Below, in pieces: positions 51,590 through 63,662 of a stretch of DNA of 64,000 nt; within the stretch, counting starts at the first letter, position 1; every line of letters starts with the position of its first letter. The DNA comes from Lama guanicoe (taxonomy: Eukaryota). The translations under genes were made by a program, and so were the position numbers. Location of the stretch: positions 14,976,974 through 15,040,973 of the forward strand of contig MU054187.1 in the NCBI GenBank assembly GCA_013239625.1, written 5' to 3'. A model generated the notes under the pieces. That model had not been told where the DNA came from and searched no databases. It saw only the letters and a program-made list of their open reading frames with translations.

Positions 51590-53960
51590 ATGATCTCTGG
51601 CTTTTAAGTCATTCTTAGAAAGGCCTTTTGCACTCCACTGTTATAAAACAATCCTATGTTTTCTTCTGTTACTTTTAGGATTTCATAGTCTACATTTAAG
51701 TTTTCCATCTCTTAGGATTTTTTTCTTGGAAACTGATTTGAGATCATTTATTGAACAGCCTTTTTACCATTGAGATAACATCTTTATCATATATGAAAAT
51801 TACATAACTTTTTTGACCACTTTTTGAACCTACTATTCTATTTTTTTGGTCAATTTCTATACTACTATCACACTATTTAAATTATTGAGGTATTATGTTT
51901 AATATATTTTGAGGCTAATCCACCCACTCATTGCTCTTCTCTTTCAATGATTTCTTGTCTATTCTTACATGTATTTTCCCATTTACTTTGGAATCTGATT
52001 GTCTATTAGAAAATATTAATATTTTACTTGCAGTTGTGTTATGCTTATAAATTAAGAATAATCGACAACTTTATGATTTTGAGTGTTCTGATTCGAGATG
52101 CCTATTTGTGCCCCTTGGAGGTGCATTAGTTTTATTCTATAGGCCTAATAAATTTCTTGTTAAATTTATTTATTTATTTATTTTTAAACTTTTTTAAATT
52201 GAGTTACAGTCATTTTACAATGTTGTGTCTGTTTAAATGTATATTAAGTACTTATATATATTTTGTTGCTAATGTGAATGTGGTCTTTTCCCCCCATTAT
52301 ATATTTCAATTGGTTGGCTTTTGCATATGTGAAAACCACTGATTCCCGTATACTAAGTTTTTACCCTGTGACTTTAATCAGTTTCTTTACTGTTTGTAAT
52401 AATTTTTAAAACTTAATTTCTGTGTGTTTTAAGGTATATACTAATATCATTTGAAAAAAGTAAGTTTATCTTCTCTTTTTCAAATTCTGTATCTCTAAAT
52501 TTTGTTCTTATATCTAATTGCATTGGCTGCTAATTCAAGTATAATGTTAAAAAATAGACATACTAATTGTTTTTCTCTTGCTCATGTCTTTAGTGGGAAT
52601 GATTCAGTTAAGCATAATGCTAGGTTTAGGTAAAGAATATATTCTCATCTATACTTATGCTATTAATTATTAAAAATCAGTTTTGAATAGTTTTGAATTT
52701 TGTCTTTTTAGCATCTAAGGAGGTGATATTTTTTCTCCCCAGATATATTATGTATAATGATGAATTATATTAAGAGGTGAATTATATTAACAGATTCTGT
52801 AATTCAGGATCATTCTTGCATTATTGGAATTAGCCTCTTGGTTTATCATTCTTTTAAATGTACTGTGTTGGTAATGTATTACATAGGTAATTTTACTACA
52901 GTCACAAGGAAGATTGGTCTTTTTAAGTGTTTTCCAGGTTTTGATACCAATGTTATATTTACTTCATTGAAAAAAACCTGAAATTTTCTTCCTTTTTAAT
53001 GCTCTGGAACAGTTGTATGTCATTAGAATTATTTGGTCTTAATGAGTTGTTAGAATTCCCCTGGGAAACCATTTGAGCCTGACACTCTATTTGGGAGGTT
53101 TGGAAGACAGCTCTTAAATTTATTTGTTCTATAGACATTACTCTACTTAGGTTTTTCCTTAAGTTGTGAAGAAATTATGCTTTCCTAGAAAATTACTCAT
53201 TTCATCCAAGTTCCCAAATTTATTTGCCTAGTGTTGAATAAAGCAGCTTCTTATGAGTTGTTTAATTTCTTCTGTTTTCAATGGTTTTATGGTTTAGCTC
53301 TTTGCAATAATTTCATTTAAAAATATTTTCAGTTCATCCCTTTTTTCCTGATTATCTTTGTTAGTGGTTTATTTATTTTATTGATATTTAAAAGATAAAT
53401 TATTTTAAGTCATTTTTCTGTTTTCTCAGAGTAAATCCCTTTATTTTTATTAATTTCTTCCTTTTGCTTTCTGTTGTTTATTTTGATATTCTTTTTCTGA
53501 ACTTTTGAGTCAGATTTTTAATTTATTTTTCACTGGCACAAATTTTTGATGCCAAAAATTTCTTCTATACAATGTTTTAGATGAATTTATAGACTTGATT
53601 TGTAGTGTTTTCATTATTATTGCTTTCTAGAAATTGTGACTATGTTTTAAAATTTCCAAGCAGAAAAACCTTCCATTACTTTATTTTGTATTGAGTTTCT
53701 ACTTTTATTGCATTTGAAACAAGGTATATTCTCTATTTTTAAGATGGAGAGTTCACTATGTGTTAATCAAGTCTACCTGATAATTATGTTATTTAGATAT
53801 TTTATATCCTTATTTTTTTCCCCACTTGGCTTTCATGGACTGAGAAGGGGAAATTAAAATCTCCTATTTATAATGGTTTCTATTTATCTTTGTAATCTTT
53901 ATGATTTCTCCTTAACGAATGTTACCTCTATGTTAATTGATATTATTATCTGCAAATTTT
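51590..53960 (-). mobile_element. Decayed L1M ORF2 with a ~60-bp young L1 tail insert at ~52165-52228
   Basis: T-rich antisense ORF2 remnants; ttgagttacagtcattttacaatgttgtgtc is the reverse complement of the tail at 42140-42170. Confidence 0.75.
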
Positions 53961-53974
53961 AAAGCATTAAATGG

Positions 53975-54467
53975 AATCTCTATCTGTACTCTCTTGCCTC
54001 ATAGCAAACTACCTCAAAAGCTAGTGCCTCAAAACAACCACTATTGAATTTTCTATGCTGTGGGTCTGCTGGCTGATTCTTCCTGTCTGGGCCAGTTGAG
54101 GTAATCCTGCTGGGTTCTCCCCTAATTGTGCAGCCAGCTGGTAGACTGAGTGGCAGCTGAAGCATCTAGGGTGACTGGCTCCCAGCCAGGGTTCGGGGTG
54201 ACTGGGCTGGGTATCCTTCATTGTGCAGCAGGCTGGCCTGGGGCTCTTCACATGGTAGGCACAGGACTTTAAGAGCAATAAGAACTGCAAAACTCCCTGA
54301 AGCCTAGGCTTGGAACTCACACAGTATCACTTCCACTGCTCTCTGCTGGTCAGAGCAATTCACTGGGATATCCCAGATTCACACAACTATCCAACAGTGG
54401 AGAAACAGACTCCGTCCCTTGATGGGAGGAAGTGCGAAGTACTGTGGCCATTTTTGCAATAAACACA
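53975..54467 (-). mobile_element. MLT1 (ERVL-MaLR) solo LTR
   Basis: agcctaggcttggaactcacacagtatcacttccactgc, gatgggagga...tggccatttttgcaat, typical of MLT1F/G. Confidence 0.8.
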
Positions 54468-56929
54468 TTAAGTGCTGTTACTCAAGAAGTTGGATTGGAG
54501 AATAGAGATTTTTTTCCCCCAGGAAGACTAGTCAGATGTTCAGGAAACGGATGCTAAAGGCCTGAATAGCAGCAGCATTGGCCAGAGAAGTATTATTTGT
54601 TAAATGTGGGAAGTGAGGGAGAGTGAGGAACTGAAGACTCCAATCTGTGATTTCTTGTTTGGATGATGTGTGAATGATAAAGCCATTGCTGGCCATGAAA
54701 AGGAGTATGTTGTCCTGCAGAAGCTAATAGCTCCCCAACTCTCTTCTTCTGTTGTTAAGGAACAGAGTATATCTGTGGATTGGTCAAATTTGAAATTACT
54801 TAATTGACTCACATTTCAAGAGCCGGGCTCTTTAGTGAGAATTACAAAAACAGTCCTGTACTAGAGGATTACATTGTCTATTGCTTACTGTGGTCATTCC
54901 TCACATTGGAAAAGTAGATTTGGGCTTTGTGGTGGAAATTTGCAAAACAGAATTTTTGCCCTACATTTGTTTTAAGTCTTTCAGGAAATAGAATTATCCT
55001 GGACCCAGCAGATCTCTCTGGGACTCTGAGACTGAGTACCTTGATTGCAAATAAAGCATATTTTTGTCGTAACTTGGTCCTGGGAAGAGACTAGCAGTTG
55101 ATATTCATTGAGCACATAAATGTGTCTGGCACCATTCTAAGTGCTCTTTGCATTTGAAGTAATTTAATCCTCATAATAGTCCATTTAGGAAGCTGATGGA
55201 TTATCATTACCATTTTCATTTAACATTTGAGGAAATTGAAACACTAAGAGTTTAGCAAGCTGGTGAGCCCTGGAGTCAGAATGCCTGCGTTTGAGTTTTA
55301 GTTCTGTCGCTGCCTAAATTACCTTTCCCTTGGGGGCATCCAGTGGCAATAAAGCAGAAGTAGTTCCTGTTCTCAGGCCGGTACTGTCAGTCAAGGGTGG
55401 AACTAAACCAAGTGAGCTCTACCTCCCCTCTAGAGTGGCACCAGGAGTAGCTCCAGTGTTGGACCTATAAAATGTTATCACTAGTATAGAGAATCTGAAT
55501 ATATCATTTCCGATATTCTAATCCCCAAATCTACTCTTTGACTATGTCAACCTTCCCTGGTGAAGTTCATACCTTATTATAGTTATTTCTTGTCTTTTAG
55601 CTAAATTTAAAAATGATTATTTACCTGCATCAGTTTAATACATTTCTGTCTTCTTATCTCTAGTTTTTTTCGTGCGCGTTGCTGCTCTCCAAACAAACAT
55701 TCATTCTGGGCAATAACACCTCCCTTTCTGATGAGTTGCTCACCCCGTGGCTTTGTTTTGGTCTGACTAGATTTAGGCCATGGTTCAGATTTGATCATTA
55801 TTCTGGAGGCAGAAACCAGAAACTGGCTCTTTAGGGTACTATTAAATAAAATAAGCTTTTCTTCTCCTGAATAATTTTCCTCTCAATAATATAAAACATG
55901 AATGCACAATAAGGAGAAGAGGAAAAAGAAAGCATGAAACTGCTGGGAAAACACCCAGACTTTTGTTTGTTAAGTTTGGGGAGGGAAACCGATTCTATAA
56001 CTCGCCATCATTTGTTTCAAACAGACTATAAAAAGGAACAAAACAATAGGGATTTAAACACAGTGGTTGTTCTTTACCAGGAAAGCTTAGACAAGGAACG
56101 TGGTGGAATGGAGGTCATATTTTGTGTGTTTGGAAGTGAAAGCGGAATTAAGAAGCAGGAAAGGGATGGAAGTGGAAGGACTTTTCATTAGATTTTTCAG
56201 TTTCTCAAACTAAACTGAGTTTTATCGGGGATGCCCTTTCTTCCAGGATCAGGTTACCTAATATTGATACTACTTGTCTCCTTGCATTTTTATGTTGATC
56301 TCAGCAGCCAGCATCAAACTTGTGGAGTCAGGATCCCTTTACCTGGAATTCAGGTAAAAGCGCCTGGGCCCTCCCCGATAAGGAATGCTTCCTTGATATT
56401 TGGCCTCTATGAAATGCTAGCAAATTATCCATTGGCAGCAATCCAGTGGGCTTTCCAGAGGCAATTCCCCTCATTCCCTCTTCTGTTCCTGCAGAGTCAC
56501 TGGGGTTTGTTTCATTTACTCAGTTTTCACCATATTCTAGATTCTGTGTCTGCGGATGGGTGGGTAGGGCATCAGCTGCTTGAGTGAGAAAATGTATGTG
56601 GCATGGTTGAAAAATGGAAAAAGGTAATTTCAATGAATGAATATACCTTCAATTCGTCCACATCCAAAAATACTGCCTGGACTAATTTTTCTCTCTTCTT
56701 TGAGGAGGTGCTCATTTGCAAGTATTGTCTCAAGATTTCTTTTTCTACAACACATGCATGTGATGGCCTTCTTGCCATCATCCTAAATGAGAAAGAGGAC
56801 ATCATAGGGTGGAGTGAAAGCTTCGGGCCTGCTTTTATCACCATTAGTTGTCCTTCCACACTCTGTGACCGTAAGTACCCCATTTCTTTTGTGCTCTTTC
56901 CACTGGCTTCACAAATGCTCCCAAAGGCA

Positions 56930-57100
56930 GGAGAGCGTGGTACTTATGAGCATGGACTTTGGAGTCAGCATGCCGGGGCTTGATTCTGGCTGTGCCATTT
57001 GCTGGCTGTGTGACCTGAACAAGCTCCTTACCTGCCCTCAGCCTCAGCATCTGAACCTCAAAGTGAAAGTAAAAGTAGTCCTATTTCATTAGATCGTTAC
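56930..57100 (+). mobile_element. MIR
   Basis: gagcatggactttggagtcag...tggctgtgtgacctgaacaag...gcctcag MIR core. Confidence 0.8.
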
Positions 57101-57719
57101 TGATAGCAATAAATAAATGAGACCATGGAACTGGCATCCCCCTGGACAGACAGTTAAAATTCTGTTAATGTGACTATTTACTATGGGGCACCAACTAGGT
57201 CTATAAGACATGGATCCAGGGCTCTGGAGAATACAAAGAATTATAATGTTCCATCAAATACTCAAAGTTTATATTATTACAGGGGAGAGAAGAATAAACA
57301 CACAATAGCAGCAAAAAGTATATGATGGGAGTGGGCATTTGAATGACAGATTTTTAAGAGAATGCTTTACGTAGAATCTAGACTTAGTACTGAGTATTGA
57401 AGCATGAGTCCCCTTTAGGAAAAAAAAGCCATTCCCTTTTCCTCCTTGCTAAAGTGCACTCTCCAGAAAGAGTATTATATAAACATCTATATTGCTATGC
57501 ATTTCTTGGAAATCATCTTTATAGACTCATACACATTTAAAATACTGTCTTTAGTTATGTTGTAAGAAACTTCATACTGTTGCAGGCATTACTGAGCAGT
57601 GAATGGGGAGACTGTTCTTGGGCAGAAGGATTCTAGGATTCCTAAAATGATGTTATATATTGGTAACGTATAATGTACATATACACAATGTATGTAATAT
57701 ATAAAATATATTATATGTA

Positions 57720-60018
57720 AATATATAATATGTCCAGTGACAAGGGACATGATTAACTCCAGTCATATTGGAAAAACAGTTTCCACTTAGGAGAAATTGG
57801 TAAGCTAATTCTTTCCTTTTGCTGAACCAGCGCCGAGCTCTTCTTGAAATGTAGTGGTTGCTCTTTCTGCTGAGGGATGTTTGTCTTGAGGCCATGGTCA
57901 GGAAAAGTAGGAGTCATAGATTTCAATAGGATCAAATGACTTAAGGACTAATATTATGAGGAGTACATGACTTCCCTCACAAATGCTCAGGCATGTCTAT
58001 GTTGTCCCTTTTTCTTAGAAGGGAAGAGAAAATTGAGGTCAATACGCAACTGTGCGAAATGATACTTGGAATATACACCAATGTTCATTTTAAAATTACT
58101 AATTAAAATTATAATTTGATATGGAAAACTTCTATAGAAGTAGCTTTACAAACACTGGAAGATTCTAAAACGTGAAGTCAGGTGACCCAAAATTATACCA
58201 AAAGCTGAATATTTCAACTAAATTCAGGTTGAATTTTGGATACTGTTTCTCACTGGGAGACTTTGGCAAGTTGTACTGGCATCGGTCAGCATAGACACCT
58301 ATGTTAGTTGCTCTTTGTGGGACTGAGCGTGCATTTATGTATTCATTCATGGCCACGCAGTAAAATAGGCACTATGCATACAGAAGGAGTCTATTGTGTG
58401 TACTTTCTTTCTTTTAAGGACATTAGAAAAGAATACCACTTAACACCACAAAGCACATTAATGATTCTGCAATAGTCTTAATGATGCATAGGTATGAAAG
58501 AGGGAGATTTCTGCTTAGCTTAGATAAGCAAAGCTAGCCATGACGTGAGCCTGAACCATGAAATGAGAATATACTTCTCCCGTCCGAGAAGAACGGTATC
58601 TGTCAGTGGATAGCGGTTAGGAGATACCTGATACTAGATCCACATTCCTGCTCCTAGTTTTTTTGGACCAGGGATAGGCATCTCTAGCCCTGCCCCCAAA
58701 TACTAGGGACTGGCAAAAATGAGCTTGCTAAGCAGACACACTTAGGAGGAGCAGTAGAGATGTCTAGTTCCTCTGAATTCTGCTCGTTATTCTGTGAGGC
58801 AAATGTTATCATTCTGAATATATCCATTGACTTTCCTGGTAAGTCCAGAAGCCTAGCCATCTTGATCCTCTTTCAACACCCATGCAGTAAGTCTAAAAAT
58901 CTATGAAATCTCTATCATCTCCCATTGCCACCGACCAAGTTCAAGCCCTCATCAGTTATTAGACTATTGTCTCCTTGAATTTATCTTCAGACATTTCAGG
59001 TTTGTGCTTTACCACTTCAAAAACACACATTCAGGTACAAGCTGTCCAAATCACCACACTACTTCAAAGCCATTGGTGATACTCCACCACATGCTGAACA
59101 AAGTTAAACTCTTTAATATGCAATACTCTTCATAATTCCTTCCTTTTAGAAGGAATTCCATCTCCCTCTTACTTTCTGTGTTTCAGCTCTATAAAACTGA
59201 CAGCAATCCTTGTGCAAACAAACAAAAAAATTGACTCCAAAGATCTACAGATAAAGTTCTATTTGTCCTTTGGAGAACAGTACAGCAACTCAAATCGAGA
59301 GGTAATTATCGACTACCTGAGTTCTATGCTAGGGACTGCGACAAAGACACATGATACAGGGTGACCATTACTCCTGGTTTGCCAGGAACACACTCTGTTT
59401 ATGTCTGAAATCCCAGAAGAATTATTAATACCCTCTTTTCACTCTCAGTTTGAACGGTAATTTAGGTGGACCTCCACCATAAAAGGCACAAATCTTGTTG
59501 TTACAGAGGTGCCATTTGGACATGCACACCAGAAATTACTGGAGGGTAATACAAGATTTTATGCAGTCAAGCATTTAATTTTCTGATGAAGCCTAAAGTA
59601 TTATGCTTAGGAGGGACAGTGAGGGAGTTGACATAATTAGGAAAGGCTTTAAATGGGAAGAATCTGAAGGCTGTATAGATCAGGAGGGAGGACTGACACT
59701 CCAAGTGAAGGAGAAAGTCATAGGAGTGGGAGTATGTGCCCCACTAAGGAGACCAACTTGAACTGAGTGGGGAAAATGGTTTGTTGGATAAGGTCTGCCA
59801 TCTGATGGGGAAGTGTAGCCTCTGCCTGGACTGTAGACATTGTCGTGGCATCCCGTACACAGGAATGAGAAAACGTGGCAACAGGCCTGGTTCTGGAAAA
59901 CTGGCCTGAGAGTGGTGAGTGGGAGACAGGCACTTGTCCTGGGCGGGGAGAGAAAGTTGAAGCACTGAGCTCAGGGGCAGAAATTCTCCCGATACAGAGC
60001 CTCCCTTGGGTGAATTCA
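57720..60018 (-). pseudogene. Pseudogene repeat 2 (exons 60018-~59934, ~58627-58510, 58371-58199, 57947-~57720)
   Basis: GSVSGEFLPLSSVLQLSL; HVMASFAYLS; ATNIGVYADRCQYNL...VEIFSF; LKSFDPIE / MTPTFPDH...KLFFQYDWS*SCPL. Motif order matches TASOR DUF3715 as recalled. Confidence 0.65.
59357..59473 (-). mobile_element. MER94-like hAT-Blackjack MITE
   Basis: agggtgaccat...cctggtttgccagga...aattattaata...ttcactctca. Confidence 0.6.
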
Positions 60019-60361
60019 CTGAAGGGGAAATCCAGGTAAGTAAGCCATGCTTAGGGCAGGCTTCTGTCACCCCACAGCACACAGTTACATGGTACAGACT
60101 GGTCGTGCTCTTGTCACAGGACTAACTGGACAGGAAGTAATTTCCTGAAGAAAGTAATTTCTTACTTTTGTGTAAGAGTTTGTGAAATCTTGTCTCTTCT
60201 CTGGGTCAAGAAACCTATTGAGTTATTAATACATTTTTTGGGTGAGGAAGAATAGAAATAGAAATGCAGCAATGAGTCCATGTGGTTTACTGCCACATTC
60301 TGTGATGTGCTCACAGGCTGTCAGTCTATTCTCTTGCCCCTTCGGTACTTTGCATGCTTAC

Positions 60362-62271
60362 CACACACAAGGCAAACATTTCTTTTACTCTTCCAGCTAT
60401 CCTGCTGATTCTGTGTAGTCAGAATCTCTTTTTAATAATATTTTATCCCTAGTGTTTTGCATAATGTGTTCATGAATAAATTAGTGAATAGTCAGATGAT
60501 GCTAGAATTTCTGCTTCTGATGATTCAGTTTTCATTCAACGAAGCTGAGAAATGAACGCGATGTGTTCTTGGGGGCTAAACACAGTCGGGAAGTGTGAAT
60601 GGCTCCTCTGCTTAGTGTGGGATGTGTGATTTTTATCTGGATTTAACTATACGTAAAATTATTATCTGAAGGGCGACAACCACAAGACATCTTTCTTCTC
60701 AACTGGAAACAACGTATGCTGTTCCCTGTTTGAATATTAATGTATTTTACTCTTTCTGCTCTTTCTTTTACTCCTTTTCATAATATTACCTAAATCCGCA
60801 GTCAATAAATATTAACGTTTAGGCATATAATTGGTAGTTCACTGCAGCTCTGCCCAACGGCTAGGCACAGCCTTCACTCCTACCTAAATAAAAAGCCCTG
60901 CCAGAGAATCTGAATGGTTGCAGAGCTGATCCCACAGCTGTGCTCAGGCAGAGAGCCAGGCCAGAAGCCCTAACTGTCGAGCCTGGATTCTGACCCTGCG
61001 TAACAAGGGAGCCTAAGCAGTTACCTGGGGCAGCCTCACATCTCAGGTACCGCCTGGCTGTGGAGCTCAGGCTACAGCGGTGCCCACCACAGAAGCCTGA
61101 CCTAAAACCTGCTTGATTGTTGAACACAGCCTGTGGCCTCACCCAACCAGGGATCCCTGGCTGATCCTGCCCACCTGTGGAGCAAAGTCTCCAGCCCCAC
61201 CCAACTGTGGGATATAGCTGGAGGCCTTATCTGAACAGAGAGCCCAGCCACTGACTTTGCCTAACAGCAGAGCACAGCCAGTGGCTTACCTGATCACAAA
61301 GCATAGCCTGTGGCCCCAACCAAATCTGGGTCACATTCTGCAACACTGCCTGATCACAGAGCACAGCCTGCAGCTCTGTCTGACGAAGCCCTGACTATGG
61401 TCCTGCCTGAACACAGACTCCAGCTAGTGGCACCATCCAATTGGGCAGCAGAGTCTAAGACCTCACCTGACCAGGAGCAATTCTGGAGTTCCACTTGCAT
61501 CTCTGTCGAATTGTGGCTTCTAGCCAGTGGCACTTCCCTGCCAGGGAACATAGCCCGCAACCTCGCCCAACCAGAGGTGCACGTGGAGCCCAGCTAGTGG
61601 CCCTACTTGACTAGAGCACAGCCAGCTGCCCTGGAAAATCAGAGTCCAACCAGTGGTCAACCTGCTTGAACACAGAGCCCAGCCGTCAGGCCCACCCAAC
61701 CGTGGAGCCCAGCCGGCAGCACCGCTCTCCACCCTCAACCTCAGAGCACAAGCAGCAGCCCCAACTAAGTGGAGACCCTATATAAAGCCACACCTACCTG
61801 TGGATGCTACCAGTTGACCCATCCATATCCCAAGCTGAGCTGACTGGTGAAGGTCTTTCCTTGCTGTAGCAAATCTGCAAGTCGGGAAGAAGAGATAGTT
61901 TACATAAATATGCAAATCATTACCAGCATACAAGGATCATGAAGAATTGGGTAAACACGATGCCATCAAAGGAAACTAGTAAAGGTCCAATAACTGATCT
62001 TAAAGGACTGGAAATCTATGAAATACTTGAATTCAGAATAATCCTCTTAAAGAAGTTCAGTGAATTACAGGAATACACATATAGGAAACTAAACAAAACT
62101 AGGAGAATAACCCATGAACAAAATAGAAAGTTCAACAAAGAAATAGAAACCATAAAAAAATCAAAAAGAAATACAAGAGCTGAAGAACATAATGACAGCA
62201 GATTCAACCAAGCAGAAGGAAAATTAATGAACTTGAAGATAGGTCATTTGAAATTATCCAGTCAGAGGTAC

Positions 62272-62314
<43 letters not shown>

Positions 62315-63190
62315 GAAAAAGTGAAAAAAGACTACAGGAATCATGGGATACCATATATGACGTATCATTGGAATCCTAGAGGGAGAAGAGAAAGAGAAAA
62401 AAACAGAAAGTCTAAAGCAATAATGGCTGAAAACTTCCAGAAACTGGGGAGAGCCGTGGACATCCAGATTCATGAACCCAAGCTCCCCAAATATATTGAA
62501 CCCCAAAAGGCTACACTGAGACACATAATTAAATTGCTGTAACCAGAACATTTCACATAAACGACCCAGGATACCTGTTTGGTCATCTTTGCAAAGTTTT
62601 CTAAATCCTTTCTATCTAGTAAGAAGTTTTCATTAGCTACTCTGCTAAGACTGTCTATTCTCTACTTACTCATTCAAGAGGCACTCTCTGAGGGGAGAAC
62701 AAATATTTCCCTTACCAATTCAGGAAACTGCACATAATGTAAGTGAAAGGAAAAAGGCAGATTTTATCAAACCTATTTTGTTTCTCAAAGGGCCACTGTA
62801 TCAAATAAAAAGACATATGTTTCATTCTATTTTCCCTTCCTTTCACTCCCCCTCTCTCATTTCCTCACGTGCAGTCTCCTGTTTGTTTCTGAATAGGATT
62901 TATGGTGGCTTACCATGGCACACAAAATACAGCAAAGTGACATATTTAGGAGTGAAGAAGAAGAGGACATTAATCATAGGAAGAAAGGAAAATACCTCAT
63001 GGATTAAATACTTCAGAGGAGAAGCCTAGGACCAATTTATAAATTGCTTGATAAATACTCGAACAATACTAGCTATGATGGCAGCATGCTCATTTTAAAA
63101 TGAATACGGAGTATTGATATTCAAAACATATCTTGGAAAATTGAACTTCCGAGCACATATGCACATGTATCATTATCCACATGGTGGTGT
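60362..63190 (-). pseudogene. Pseudogene repeat 1 (exons ~63190-62914, 62727-62670, 60725-~60541, 60410-60362)
   Basis: SSIFQD/LNINTPYSF*NEHAAIIASIVRVFIKQFINWS*ASPLKYLIHEVFSFL; IGKGNICSPLRECLL; TLFPVEKKDV...LNPDKNHTSH; WKSKRNVCLVC. Donors GTAAGC, GTAAGT, GTAAGC; junction phases 1 and 2 match. Confidence 0.65.
60870..62545 (+). mobile_element. L1 5' region with degenerate tandem array (agagcacagcc-type units) and ORF1 remnant
   Basis: ORF 61939-62379 is ORF1p-like (EFRIILLKKFSELQE...KFNKEIETIKK); AIMAENFQKL motif. Confidence 0.88.
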
Positions 63191-63299
63191 GTTTATTTTC
63201 TAACTTCTCCTTGCTGAACTGCAAGCTGTGCTAGGGTAGGACTTTGACATATTTATAAATGAAGCCATGCTGGTGTTCCATCCATATTTCAAAGGACTT

Positions 63300-63662
63300 A
63301 TTCCTTCACGGCACACCAGTTGATTTCAATTGCTTTGCCTAATAATTTTTTTAAGCTGAGGAAAGCCACTTTGCTCATGCAGGGGAATTAGTGCCACTTC
63401 AAATTTCCCAGCACGCCTCCACCAAAACTAACCATAGTTGATGTATAAATATCTCAGTTCCCTCACCCCTCAGGCAGCGTAATTCCATGGTGTGTGTCTT
63501 CCAGAGTCTCCTCTGGAGCCTAAGCTCCAGTCACCCACAGTAGTAGTTGGTGTGCTTTTATTGGCTGCTTTCTTCTCTCACTTTCCCACTCCTTAACCAA
63601 ATAAATGGCTCAAATATGAACTCTTGTTAAGCATCTGCTTTTGGGGGAACCTAATTAAAACA
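63300..63662 (+). mobile_element. LTR16-like ERVL LTR
   Basis: tataaatatctcagttccctcacccctcagg...aagctccagtcacccacagt...ctgctttt gggggaacc end. Confidence 0.65.

Larger units (their letters stand above)
48034..56917 (-). pseudogene. Pseudogene repeat 3 (exons ~56917-56647, 56549-56343, 55802-55625, 48236-48034)
   Basis: HACVVEKEILRQY...QAVFLDVDELK|TQNLEYG; LESPLDCCQWIIC; RIMIKS...IAQNECLF...KCIKLMQ|ESNGKNPFDTISFGVPREHMKHVFPYL. Canonical splice sites; phase 0 across the 7.4 kb intron. Confidence 0.75.
9794..63190 (-). pseudogene. Decayed multi-exon gene encoding ~9 tandem DUF3715-like (TASOR/TEX15 pseudo-PARP) domains plus a C-terminal tail
   Basis: About 38 AG/GT-bounded - strand segments in unique DNA, many phase-compatible; translations show the same ordered motif set repeatedly (EF/EY helix, AxII..LEKxF, (Y/F)xFL, GxPxxGxY, IIF, LxP..xCH, RHxCP). 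Numerous stops and frameshifts. The 5' end is not defined. Confidence 0.75.

Noticed and set aside
56603..56983. 126-aa + strand ORF
   Set aside because: Antisense to a DUF3715-like pseudo-exon and runs into a MIR.
60019..60410. Apparent zinc knuckle CLVC-EACPKHG formed by splicing to an AG at 60064
   Set aside because: A much stronger same-phase acceptor at 60019 excludes CPKHG; RNVC fits the RHVC domain-end motif instead.
61150..61790. Spaced degenerate repeats resembling an array (CRISPR-like or satellite)
   Set aside because: Part of an L1 5' region directly upstream of ORF1 in mammalian DNA; units are degenerate, with no repeat-spacer structure.
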